Assembly (NCBI GenBank): GCA_964658305.1
Contig: OZ210885.1
Location: 15,934,001 to 15,998,000, forward strand
Source of the DNA: Leptogorgia sarmentosa
Taxonomy: Eukaryota
Length of the DNA stretch: 64,000 nucleotides
Direction of reading: 5' to 3'
The notes under the pieces are model-generated. The model did no database searches, was not told where the DNA came from, and was given only the letters and a program-made list of their open reading frames with translations. How positions within the stretch are numbered: the stretch's first letter is position 1; the number at the start of each line of letters is the position of its first letter. This document shows positions 38,300 to 51,240 of this stretch, piece after piece. Both the position numbers and the translations under genes were made by a program.

Positions 38300-41200
38300 C
38301 TAAACTAAATGAAATCCTTCGGATTCAAACCACAATGCATTGTCCATATGCTTTTTGAAATTATCATAGGTTTCGTGGCATACTGGCAGGGTTAATACCC
38401 TTGGGCATGTTGCAGCTTTTGGCATCACTTTTGATTTCTCAGTATGAAACTCTACCTTGATCTCTCCAATTTGGGGCCTACCGGTAGCAAACATGCACAA
38501 ATGGCCAAGAGTTACCTTGCTATTCTCTAAAAATGGTAATACAAGTGCATATTTAGCATTTACATATTTACCAATACTGAGGAAGATAGCTAGCATTGGG
38601 AAGACAGCTAGCGTTGCAACAACTTATTTATTTAAATAAATAAATAAGTAAATGTTTTGTTATACAGTAACTTACACAGCTATAGCGCCATATAGCATGT
38701 GAAAATATGGGCGTTGCGCTTTAACACTTGCTATAATATATACTGGGTTGCAATGGATATACAAATATATTAGCGATAAATACAACAAAACATTTCACTG
38801 AAATACTTTTTAATTATCACTAATCATTACCTTTAGCACATTCATCAATGTATGTAGACAACCATTTAAAAGCATTTTCATTCTCTGGAATACCCTCGTA
38901 GTGAATTGGTTCAATTTTCAGCATTCCTTTTAGTATCGATGGATCAATTGCCAAAGCTTTGGATGTAGGGAATACAACAGATACCAAATCAGGGCAAGCT
39001 GAGAGCAATTTCTGCAATGACAGAGTATCCATTCCTTTTGCAATATCTGCCATTTCACTCGCTCGTTTTCTCAAAACTTCGTGCATCATGATTTGTTCAA
39101 CGGCTACATGTGCATTCTTGCCACTTAATTGCTGTCCGACAAATCCAGCCGAATCCAGTAAGGTGAGCACTGTTGGGTTTTCATATAACTCCATAAACTC
39201 GGTGGTAGTTGATGCTTGCAATATCTGAAGCAGTTAGAATTTAAAACAATTTTAACCAAGTACTCAACAACTGTCATTGGTCATGAATTGAACCCACTTT
39301 TGTACTTTACCAAGAATATGTGCTGCAAAAGAATATGTACTACAAAGACAACCATCATAAGTAAATACAATGACAAAAAGAAGACTGCTTTTCAACATTT
39401 TGGGCTAGCTACAGCAGCACTCAACGTTCAGGAATTTAACTTGTTATATTAACAATACCTTTTGGGCATACTCTCTATACTCCAAATCAGGAATGTCCTC
39501 TATAGTAACAAGTGTAGCAGCCTCGTCCATGGATCTAGTTGAAATATATTTTGCAACAGATGGAGCCATCCCTACAAATCCCATCCCACCATGGAGAATA
39601 GAGTGGGCAAGAATCTTTCCAAATAAATGGAAGAGACCATTGTCCAATGATGAACAGCAATGGATCGGAACAATGTGATCTGCCACTCCTTCAAAAAGTG
39701 AAATACCAACACTTGGATCCCCATCCCTTAGTTTCATTAGCACCAGATGGAAGAATTCTTTGGTTAGACCATCACCGTCAATTCCCATTTCATTGTTGAA
39801 ATCAATGTCTGGGGTGAACTTGAGGTTGAATCCATGTCTTTTGTAGATGCGAATCACATCTCGTACAAAATTTTGGAGACTGCCTATCAATGTGAATGCT
39901 TTGTGTAGCAGTTTCTACCATTTGCTGCTGATAGGACCGTAGAGCTAAAAGAGAATTTTTAGCTGATAGAAGGGGCAAGTCTTCATGATGGAAGTCATCT
40001 TCTGCCGAGGATTGATCTGTAAAAAATGCAATTAAACCCTGAATAAAATTGTATTTCTCATGTTAACCCATTAAGCTCCAGAGCTTCCATCAGTAAAATC
40101 ACCTGCAGTTTGTCAAACAAGTTTGTTTGAATGTTTATTGTACATTTCATTGAATCCTTACCAGACAAATCATGGTGGCTTTCAAGAGCTGCATCAAGGA
40201 TGTCATTAATTGCATCATCTAGATTTGTATGTCTTAATGCAGCTCTTCTCAACTCTTCAGCATCTTTTCCAACAAAGATCTGTTGCAACTTTTCTAATCT
40301 TTCTTGGAAACCAGAGGAAAAATCTTGAAGAGCACTATCACCTTGTTGAGATGAGGTACTTGCCTCTTCGTTAGAATTTGTGGCTGCTAAAGACGGCAAT
40401 ACAGCTGGCAGGTATGTTGGAGTTTCAACATCACAATTTTCAACATCGTCTTCTCTGACGTCTGTCGTAAACCATTTACTAATCTCGGGCAATTGATCAT
40501 CCGGGCTTTTCTATAATGAAAATAAATTCAAATTCACATACTGTAAAATGGTGTCAATTATAACCAGAACATTTTGTATTAAAAGATTCTGCACTGTATT
40601 TGCTTTCAATCTTGTGGAATTCTATACTTCATCAATGCACAGTTATAACTGCTGCTTAGCTTACCTGAGTATCAAGCACTAACTCCTCCAATGTCCGTAA
40701 GTAAACAGGTCTAGCACCAGTAATATGCTTTAGGATTTTACCATCCAATTGCTGGCCATGTGGTAGATTAATAGGAACAATGCATGTTCCTGCAGCTTTT
40801 ACAAATTCAAATCTATGGAAGGTAATTAATTACATGTTTATAATTAGCCCCTCTTCAGAACATGTTGTTCAAATGCACAAAGTGAAGTGCAAATATGAAT
40901 GAAACAAATGATATACTTGTGAATGATAACATCTCTCAGTCTGACAAATAAAGAGGTTGGGATTTTATATAAATTGATATACTGAGTAACATACCCTATT
41001 GATTCGTATTCACCCAGCAACACTTTCGAGAATAACTGTGAAAACTCTGTTCTAAGTTCCTCATAATTCCACCTTTTGTCGATAAGAAACGCGTCTACAA
41101 CAAGATTTTGCGTCTGCAGAAACATTTTCTTTTCCCTCCTCGGCACGGTTAACCATGTGGGACTTGGCAAAAGGAACACGTTCTTCAGGTATTTGGAATT

Positions 41201-41578
41201 AGCATCACTTGATTGCGTTCGACTACGCTTCCCTGACTGTGTGGCAGTTTGTCTAACAATTTGACGTTTTCTTGGCTGATTAATCCTGCCATAATTTTGC
41301 CGCGAATTGAAGTTCATGGCAATACTTCTTTGGTCATTCGGTGCGGACCGTGCGGTATTTAAATTACCAGACGTCAACGGCATATTTTCGTGAGGAATCC
41401 CACGAGGGATACGCAACATACCGTTCAGTTCTTGATCAACGCTGTCGAATCTGTTGCCCGTGTTTGAAACAACAGTTTCCAGGGGAGAATTCTGCTCTTG
41501 GGACATCAAATCTACGACTATTGTGCGCACTAAGCGCTGGAGATCTCCCGAAGCCGAAGCTTGTGTTTCTTCCGCCAT
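38300..41578 (-). CDS. HECT E3 ubiquitin ligase (G2E3-like) with a CUE-like domain, about 6 exons, apparent +1 frameshift near 39872
   Basis: CUE-like ERLEKLQQIF...NLDDAINDIL. HECT motifs FNNEMGIDGDGLTKEFF, LFEG, GKILAHSILHGG and FATG...PKAATCPRVLTLP (catalytic Cys), ending ..EGFHLV. Confidence 0.88.
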
Positions 41579-42873
41579 TTTGCGAACTATATTGTATATA
41601 AATTATAATAAGCGCGCCAAAAAAAGATTATGATGATTATGTAAATGTACACATTGTAACATGATACATATACATGGCAATTTTTTTCGAGTCGAAATAT
41701 GATAATTATTCTTCCGTAATTATATCAAGTCGACCTATGATGATCTTAGATTCGACTTGAATTTTTTCAAATCGTATCGAATTCGATATTTGAATACATC
41801 AACTTCAATATTAATGTGTCAACTTCGATTCCAAAGTATATCGACTTCGAATTTTTGACATATCGACTTCAGAATTGACGTATCGACATTGATTGTTTCA
41901 TTGATATTTTTGTCCGGGATGGGCAAGCATAGAGATACCGGCTTTTCAATTGGCTAATTCAAAAAAGTTCTCAATTTCTATTGGCTGAATTTTTTTGATC
42001 GATCAAGCCGCTCATTGCTAATACTATGCACGCACTGCACGGAAAGGTCAGGTCCTTTCTGATCGCTACTTGGCCGCGCAAGCTACAAACTGCAAAGGTT
42101 AACATATTCGAAGTGATATCAGAAAATTTTTGTTCAACAATGTCAGCCAGCATTTACGAAACTGTAAAGGCTGCCTTAGAGAAGAACGATCAGCAATATC
42201 TTAAAGATATTGAAGCTGATATGAAAAAGCAAGTCAATGACGTACCGAAGCGTATTATTGATGAATTGTTGGGTGCTGTGTATAGCAATAGCTTCTTTCT
42301 CGCACGGAATTTTGGAGCAGAATCGTACATTCCGAAGCATGCTCAAGAAAAGAAAAAGTTCTGCACGGCCTTAAGGTAAATATACTTTATTATTCTAACT
42401 AAAATAGCATTATAGCAGTCGATTAATACATGTCTTACGCACATGCTATGATATGAATTCGGCGTCACCGCGTCAGTACGCCACACACATTATAATAAGA
42501 TGAAATTTACATAATATCATATCATAATTTACATAAATACAGCGACTTTATACAGGCATTTCAGTTTGTTTATACTTTGTTTCTGCCTCGTTTACTTTGA
42601 TATATATTTACTATAATATTTATCTAGTGTAAACTACAGGCCCTGAAGCACATGGCTATGTGACAAAGCTTTATGTAGTATGACCTCTACAGCATGTATA
42701 ATGGTAGATGCAACAAGATGTTGCCCACTGCCCAGTGCCATTCAGACTGATTCAGTGTCACCATTTACTCATTGTTTTTCCGGGCTATGTATTAGAGATA
42801 CAAGGCAGCTGTTTTAATACTTTACTAGTGAATATTTTGGAATCCCAGCTGATATATTATTTTATATTTTAGA

Positions 42874-45800
42874 TCTGATGTTACTGGAAACTGCTTGTAT
42901 AGTTCTGTGTCCTTGGTACAAGTAGGTAACAATAGTCTGATGCAGTCATTAAGAGTTTTGACATCAGAGCTTTTCACCAATGCGGAATTTTATTCTGAGC
43001 ACCCCTGCTTCTCTTCTGTTGTCACTGACCATGCTGAGTATTTCAGCAACGTTAATAATATTTTTCCAATGTGTGTCACTCAGGAGTGTTTGGATACAGG
43101 TTGCATTAAAGCCAACCTGGTTAGACAAGAGGCCATTATTAATTGCAATGAGAAAAAGTGGTCATCCTTTCTTTGCATATTGGGTCTTGCTTCTGTTTTA
43201 AATAGGAATATATTTACCTATTATCCTGACTGTGGGGAGCCAAGATTTAAATTGTTGTTTAATCGCATGATTCAACCATGTTTAACTTTAAGTCCAAAGA
43301 AAAGTATAGATAATCTTCACATTCTTTTTTGTTATGAAGGTACTGTAGCTTCTGGAAGAACATTCCAGTCAAATCATTTTGTCCCTCTTCTTTTTCCTAA
43401 ACAGCAGCTAAAACGAAAACCTGTAGCTGCCACTTCCCAAACATGTACCAAGAAGCAAAAAGTATCTGCAATTCCTCCCAAAAAAGCCACAAATATTACT
43501 AATTTTTTTAATGTAGCTGAGAAGTCTGTTTTTAAGCCCAAAGCCCACAACATATTACATTTAGATCCAAATAAACCTAGCACTTCCACAGAGATAAAAA
43601 GCACTGTTTCTAGAACAGGTGAAACACCTATTGCAAAACAGGTAAAATCATCTAGCACCAATTTTGATGTTGCAATGTTCCGAGATATGGTCAAGGGAAT
43701 GAACTCTTCTGAAATTTGCAACCTTATTAAAAATGTCTTTAGGCCTGACAAGAATTATTTTTTTCCTAAGACAAATGGCAGAAGCTTTAGGTACAGTTGG
43801 CTGGAATTATATTCCTGGCTCTGTTATTCACCATCAAAAGATGGTGCATTCTGCTTGTCATGTGTTTTGTTTGGAGATCGTTTTCCTGGTAAATCTAGCA
43901 AAATCCATAATTTATTTTCTGAGCCTCTGCGTCGTTGGAGTGGTGCAGCATATACTTTAAAAAATCATGCTGGACAGGGTTTGAGTGGGGAAATGGGACT
44001 GCATGCTTGTACCTTTCCTATATTGACATCTTTACTTTCCCAAATGTCAGGAAAAGCACAGCCTATAGAGGTCATTTTGGATAGCAATATCAAACAAGAA
44101 GTTTAAGAAAATAGAAACAAACTTGTTTCAATTGTAGACTTGGTAGTTTTTTGTGGCCGTCTTGGTTTACCATTACGTGGTCATCGTGATGATGCTAAAT
44201 ACCATCCGGAGGCTGGCAGTTACTCTACGGGGGGAGTTGGCAATTTTATAGAATCTCTTAGTTTTAGAGTCCGGGCTGGGGACAAAGTTTTGGAGAACCA
44301 TCTGAGAAATTGTGGTAAAAATAAGAGTTATATATCTAAGACTAGCCAAAATAAGATTATTAGGTGTTGTGGTCTAGTGATCAGTGACCAGATCATTCAA
44401 GATGTTAAGGCTAGTAAGTTTTATTCTATAATTGCAGATGAGGCTGCAGACTCCTCTCACAACGAACAAATGTCTCTCGTCTTACGTTTTGTAGACGTTG
44501 ATTTGAATATTAGGGAAGAATTTATTGCTTTCCTACAGTGTAGGTGGGGACTAAGTGGCGAGCAACTCGCCAAGTTGATTTTAGATGCCCTTAATGAGTT
44601 AACTCTATCTATTGATGACTGTTGGGGGCAAGGTTACGACGGTGCAGGTGCTGTTGCTGGGCATATCAATGGTTTGTCAGCTAATATTTTACGTCTGAAC
44701 GAAAAAGCCCTTTACACACATTGTTATAGTCATCGACTCAACTTAGCTGTATGTGATTCGTTGACTGTTGTTGAGGTAAATACTATGATGAAACATGTTA
44801 AAGATGTATCAAATTTTATTAATATCTCCCAGACACGCAACATACCTTTTGAAGAAAATGTCCGCAACTATTCTGAAAGGGAAAGTCAGAAGAGACGGCT
44901 GGTAGACGTTTGTCGGACTAGATGGGTGGAGCGTATTGCTGGTTTGGATACATTCATTGAGCTGTTTGTCCCTTTATATGATACTCTCAAAGAGATGAGA
45001 GATAATGTTGAAGGGAGCTATAGGCCAAACCTTGTCACTGATGCCTCTAATTTTTTTGATCTTGTCACAAAGTTTGAGTTTATTGCAGCTTTGGTCATTT
45101 CTCAGAATGTTCTTGATTGCCTTCTCCCAGTAACGTTATTACTACAGGGAAAGAGTATTGATATTATGGACGGTATTCATTTAATTAACACCACTAAAAA
45201 TGATTTCACTAACTTTAGAAATTCTATCGATTCTTACCACGATATTTGGTATGCCGAGGCGTTGGATTTAGCAGAGAAGGTCGAGGTAGAAGAAAGCAAA
45301 CCACGGACTGTTGGGAGACAAACGACTAGATCCAATCCTCCATATAAGTCAATCTCCGAGTATTACAAGCGTACCATAACTATTCCTTTAGTAGACCATA
45401 TTAATTTAGCTTTACAACACAGATTTGACATCGACAGCGTTAACGTTTATAAAGGGTTAAGCGTTGTGCCGACCAAGATGATGACTTTGAAAGAGAAAGG
45501 GCTAGATTGGCGGAATGATTTTAAAATTGTTACCAATTTTTATATTGACGATTTGCCTTTCCCGTTAGCTTTAGATGCAGAACTGTCACTTTGGACAAAT
45601 TATTGGGAGACATGTGAAGGTCCCCTTCCTGACAACATTGCCACAACTTTGAAAGCTATAACCTTTGATGGTTTTGAGAACATCAAAGTCATTCTTCGAA
45701 TTTTAGGAACTCTTCCCATCACTTCTTGTGAGTGTGAAAGAACCATTTCGGCATTAAGAACACTTAAAAATTACCAACGTAGCACAATGGTTGAAGAACG

Positions 45801-45906
45801 GTTAAATGGTCTAGCCCTAATGAAGATTCATCAGGAGATCGTCCCAGATATCGAAAAAGTAATCAATAAATTTGCCGTTGGAAACACAAGGTCGACATTT
45901 ACCTGA
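42874..45906 (+). pseudogene. hAT transposase (PRKRIR/ZMYM1-like: TTF Zn finger, DUF4371-like, dimerisation domain) with an N-terminal vertnin/OTU-like domain; one in-frame stop at 44104-44106
   Basis: TGNCLYSSVS...NHFVPL (OTU-like), WLCYSPSKDGAFCLSC, LRGHRD, IIADEAAD, GQGYDGA, HCYSHRLNL, TRW and PITSCECER...RLNGLALM. The two ORFs share one frame. An upstream exon near 42139-42375 is possible. Confidence 0.9.
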
Positions 45907-46634
45907 TTTTTTTGTCGCCTTTCCCTAACGTTCTATAAATTGGCACGTGACGGTGTTTAGTAACCAATCATAACCAATAACTTATTATATACAGTATACA
46001 CGTATGAATGACCCAATGATTAAATATAAATTTCGAGGTTTCTCAGTCGGTAAACTTAAAAAGCTTGGTAAAAATCTTGCTTTCATTGCTGTAACAAAGG
46101 CTTCAATCAGGGCGAGCTGGTTATACGGCGAACATTAACAGTCTTAATTTTTATACTACTTTCTCAAAACCAAAGACAGCCAACTGTTTCGTTGAGAATT
46201 CGATTTCGAGAGGAACGCCAAAAATATTTGGGTTTTGAACACATTTCGTCAAAAATACGTGACATTGAAAAAGTTATCCTCGTGATCAATTCTATGATCA
46301 GTTTTAACCATTGATCTTGATCATTTATATGCAACGACAAAATATTCCTATATACAACGTCAACATGCGATTAAATAACAATTTTGAATGTAGATTACAA
46401 TAAGCTTTGCATGTATTTCAAGTTAGGACTTAGGTTTAGATTAGGTAGGACGGGCCCCGGGAAGGGGGGTAAAGGGTTGGAATCGACTGGGATGGTGTGA
46501 AAATACAGCGGGGTTTCACACCTAAAAAATATCCCATATAGTCCCCATGTCCAAGCAAACTCCTTTGCTCCGCAGCAAAGGTGTGAAGGCGAGTCCTGGC
46601 GCCTTAAAACCGGCAGCTTAGGCCTTTAGAAAAG

Positions 46635-46727
46635 GGCTGTCCATGTCTGTACCACAAAATACCATTAACCGTGGTTTTGTGCGTTACCTAGGCATGCTGA
46701 TGAGCCCTGAAATTGGGCGAAACAGTC
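46635..46727 (+). ncRNA. Type III hammerhead ribozyme
   Basis: GGCTG-TC (cleavage after C46641). Helix I is CATGTCT/AGGCATG, the core is CTGATGA (46697-46703), helix II is GCCC/GGGC, then GAAA and CAGTC pairing with GGCTG to form helix III. Confidence 0.88.
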
Positions 46728-48229
46728 GCTTCTCGTTTAACAACTTCCCCCCTGCTTGTCAAAATTACTCACCCCCCTGGATGTTTGGAAAAATTTTTTT
46801 TGACTAACGTACGAAAAATCCTGGATCCGCCCCTGGTATGGTAACAATGTATAAGCTGGATCAGCAAGTAAAAATGAAGGGACTTTATCATGACCTTGGA
46901 ATCAACTATCGTTGCACAATAGGAAGCTTTCCCTCTCTCACCAGGATGTTAATCTGTGAATTTGTGAACACCTTTGCGTCATGAACGATACCAGGCCAGT
47001 GGCAATCAACATCAATGAACAAACCTTGATAGTCACAAATTGCCTGTACATTGAGTGTGTACTTCATTTTATATGAGAAAAAGTCTTGAGAATTTTCCAG
47101 TGGTTGTTTGATCAGAATGTGAGTCCCATCAATACAGCCAAATGCTTGTGGGAAACCATGTTTAGACTCGAAATGCATGATAAGGTCTCTCATTTCTTCT
47201 AAAGTTCTCGGTAATTTTATGTACTTTGGACCAAACATCGTGCTAATAGCATGACAAACTTTGTAGACAGTTTTAGAAACAGTGCTTTTAGCAACACCAA
47301 ATGAATTGGCGGTCATGCGAATAGATCCAGTATTTTTTAAATAATATAAAGTAATAGCTACTTTTTTTTCACTTGAAAGTGCAGTCCAATTTGGAGCTGC
47401 ATCATCTGGCTCAATATATGCCTGGAGCTCCTCAACAAGTTTCATACGCTGCACATACGCAGATTAACATTCCACTCCTCTTCAAGGAGACAACCTTGTA
47501 ATAAATTGCACCGCCACTGTTCAGTTCTTCCAGGTTTTTTCCAGCATGACCGAACCCTTTTACGTAAAGTCCAATATCATGGAATTTGGCATCATAATAT
47601 TGGAAACAACAGACGATGCAACACCTATACATTCTTCAAACTTGACTTCATCACTTTGATTTTCATCAATTTGATTTTCTCCATGATCCGCCATTTTTAA
47701 TATAATTTAGAAAGCAAAGCGCGCCAAAGAGTGCGTGTTTAGGAGGGCTCAATTGATCATATCAAATCATCATATAAACGCACGGTAAAATAATCTCTGG
47801 GGATAGGGTTTCCCTGGTACACAAGACCATATAAACAGGCCCTAAGAATATGGCAAATACACATTGCCAGGCAAAGGCAACTACACAGTCATCGCAGAAA
47901 GAGAAAAAAACGGAACTATGACAAATATAAACATTTTTGTTTACTTTGTGCAATCAGTAAGATTATCAAAAGCAAAGAGAAAGCAATCTTGTCAAGAGGG
48001 CGGAATTATCAGATTAAAAGGCATAGTGCCTGTAATCATCCAACATTGACCTTAGACAATTTGATATCCTGTCAAAAAGATAATGCATCAACGTCCAGCA
48101 TAAGATCTACTGGAACTGTTTGTTGACCCTGGGTTAAGACCAGTGTCATCTTCACAACTAACCTATTTTCTGAAGGTGAGTGTTGCATCTTTTCTGAATG
48201 AATTTATTACAGTAATTGACATTTTATTT

Positions 48230-51200
48230 GCTGAAATTATTGAACATTATTGGGTATTTCCCACCACTATATATTATTATATGACAGTCGACAAGGCCAC
48301 CGTAAACAAGAGGACAAACCAAGGAGTGATTATATGTCCCATGATAAATGGATTATGAGTCCCCATAGTTGCTGGTGCACCAGAGGTCTACAAGAAAGAT
48401 GGAACTCAAGGTGATGTTCTTGGAGGTGATTCTGCATAGCAAGCCTTAGACGAAATAGCCACAAAATTTTGTAGAAATACGCTTTATTATTTAGTGGGCA
48501 AGTTAATTTTACATAGCACTGACCACTGATATAATTGTTAAATATGTTTTTATTTGCACGAGGAGGGAATCGTTACACTTTGTCTATAGTATTTCTACTG
48601 TTCGTTAAGATCTTCTGTCTTCTTCTTCTTGGCGTTGTTAGGTCGGTTTCTCGTTGAGTTTGTCTGTTTGAGTTTCGGTAGCCTTTTCATTTGCTACGCT
48701 TTTACTTCGGTCTACGTCCACTGACTCAAGTTGGGATGGGGAGTTCCTTTTATACTGTCGGTCGAGGGGATCTTTGGACACGTGAACAGCGAGGTGGTAC
48801 GATACTGAATCCACCAATCAGCGTTCATGTGCTGTACTCTGAACCCTCGTTCCAGCTCTCCAATTCTGTTTGTTTAGGGTGTTGTCGCACTTCTCAAGTC
48901 AGTTTTACGCTCACTCTACCGATACTTAGACAGGTTAAGACTAACCTACTTTATTACTTACTAATAGTAAAATAGTCGAGGTGCAACATCTAGGCTTAGC
49001 TTTATAAGTTAACTTAATTTAGAAGAGAATTTAACGAGATTTTGATGACGTATTATTGTAATTACTCAACCGCGTGAATTATCTTGCGGCGTGATTGATG
49101 GCAACCCAAAGCATACGCACGCGTAAGTACAAGGTTTCTATTTTTGCAATGTACACAGCCTGTTCAAACACCTCTGGCTTTTTTCCTCACATTCCGGTCA
49201 AACTTTGACAGTATCCAAGATTGCTTATCATCTCTATCCGCCTAATTCGAACCGTAGTTGACATTCTGCGTAGGTTCGAAAATTTATTATTTACTTTATC
49301 TGGGTTTTGAAGCAAGAATGTCGCTTATCAGCTCCTCTTCGTGCGTAATGTTTAGTTTACCTGCGAGACTTATCTTTAATGTTTACACAATATTATGCAC
49401 CTGGGTAACATAATTATGTCATGTAGTGAAACATTTTAATATTATTTTCCTGAATTCCCAGGCGTTTCTGCGGACGGAGTTTACCAAGCGAAAGGTTTTC
49501 TCGAAATTATTAGCAACAACTCAGAAGGGGAGTCATTCATTGGCCAGGTTACCTGGGATGCATCACATGCTATGAATTTGGTGGTAACAGATGTTAAAAA
49601 TGGAATGATTGGTGCCTCACTCGAATTTTTCTCTACATTCACCAAAAGAACGAACAAGTTTGCAGAAAGCTTAAATAGAGAGAAAGGTACATGTAATTAA
49701 CACTTTGTTATAAGATTTAACACCTCAAATGCAAATGTTTTCAGGTCGAAGTATTTTAGAATCAACAGCAAACCAGCTACAACTAAAATGTACTGTTGCT
49801 ACATTGTACTCCCAGAGAAGATTTGGCAGCTGTGCATTCATCCAGTGGCATTGACTTGAAGCAATGGTTAATTCATCATTAGCAATGAGCGATGATAACG
49901 ATCCATTACAGTATCAAATTGGAGGCCATGTATGTATTTTCTGATTTTGGGAACATTCAATGTGTTGTTTTAACTTTGTTCTTACATTTTCGTAGGACTT
50001 TGTGTGCGATCTTTTGCTGATGTTTGATGTTTTCGAACCCATAGCAAAAGTCATGACTCTGCTTCAAGGTATATCTATTCCAGAATGGAAGGCTTACTGC
50101 TGGGTTGAGGAGTTAGTTACCTGGTTACAAGAAGTTTCGTTAAAGTGTTACGAAGGTAGTGATCTAAATTACTTTCCAAGAATGAAAGATAATGCTGAGG
50201 TAAAACTGATTAATCCAAATACTTTTTTTGCCAAATCGTATCTCAGTGGACTAAAATCTAACATTTAAATTTTAATGCAGAAACAGGCTATTCAACTAAT
50301 GAAGTTTGCAAATTTTAGAGAACATGCTGTACCGCTTTTTAGTGCTTCCGGAATACTTCCAGTTAATTTTCTGTGCTTTTACAATGTTACTTGCTATATG
50401 CATGACATTGTAAATGAAAGGGCCCCATGAACATATCATTTTTCACTACTATTACTGAAAGTCACAACATCCTCTACAACAATAACAACGACGTCGCGAC
50501 CACGTACCGTGTTTGTGTGCGCATGCTTGTAAATGTGCCTGCTGGCGCTCACTAGTTCCTTCTGATTCGAATTGCGATAATTTATACTATTAAGATAAAT
50601 TGATACAACAGTTATCAATCGATTGAAAGCCACCTACCTCAAATAGCTTGCTAAATGAAGGTGGTTTCTTGTAAATTATTTTGTAAATTTATTTAATAAA
50701 GTAGTTGTTGTTGTTGTCGTAGAGTATCCTTAATCGCAGCCATGAGGATGATGACAAAGATGCAGGAACTGTTCATGACTGGATTCAACTGGTTACTGGT
50801 TGGAAAATTTCTGGGACTGAAACCGTGTCAGAAAAGGTTGGACAAACAACACAGAAGAAAATTATGACGAAATGGGTAGAACGAACATTTGCAGACTCAT
50901 TTGCAGATGCGAAAAAATACGCCATTGATCTCTGTGTCTCTCGACAATCACCTTGAAATGTGTGTTACCAAGGCTGCAGGAATGGCTAATTTCTTTGATA
51001 TCGAAGAGACATGCGGAGAGAAACCTAAACGGAAGAATCAAGATCAAATAGGGTGATTTGAAGGAGAATGCAGGCTCAAGCAACTCTTGCAACATAGCAA
51101 CTCTTGCAACATAGCAACTCTTCAAGATGAGCATTTTGATGAGCGAATGCACGCAATCTCATCGAGACTTCTTCATTTGGGATAGAAAAATGTTGGCCAG

Positions 51201-51240
51201 TCTACTAGCATGCATTCCAAAGCTATTGCAAAAAGAAAAG
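48230..51240 (+). pseudogene. Heavily degraded multi-exon DDE (hAT-like) transposase remnants
   Basis: Fragments TVDKATVNKRTNQ, GVSADGVYQ and WDASHAMNLV resemble the D, D and CxxH positions of hAT enzymes. Many stops are present. Confidence 0.4.
48536..49410 (-). mobile_element. Solo LTR (probably Gypsy), 875 bp
   Basis: TGTTA...TAACA termini and a 4-bp TSD TAAT (48532-48535, 49411-49414). A minus-strand TATAAAAG (~48750) lies upstream of AATAAA (~48550). Confidence 0.75.

Larger units (their letters stand above)
36007..41931. mobile_element. Complete IS3EU-like DNA transposon with integrase and convergent CUE-HECT E3 ligase
   Basis: Near-perfect ~305-bp TIRs (36007-~36311, ~41627-41931), termini TATG...CATA, a perfect 6-bp TSD GAGATA (36001-36006, 41932-41937), and two convergent intron-containing genes. 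Confidence 0.93.
35714..46835 (+). mobile_element. hAT DNA transposon containing the IS3EU-like insertion
   Basis: 17-bp TIRs CAGGGGCGGATCCAGGA / TCCTGGATCCGCCCCTG and an 8-bp TSD GTACGGTA / GTATGGTA (7 of 8 match). Confidence 0.92.
35328..47694 (-). pseudogene. PIF/Harbinger (HARBI1-like) transposase split by an hAT insertion (N-part 46836-47694, C-part 35328-35713)
   Basis: GCIDGTHI, NVQAICD, PGIVHDAKVF and IECAFGCLKARW motifs. LADPAYTLLPY|CMNEF is rejoined across the hAT TSD. A Harbinger-type end CATATAAACAGGCCC-TAA lies at ~47828-47845. Confidence 0.9.
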
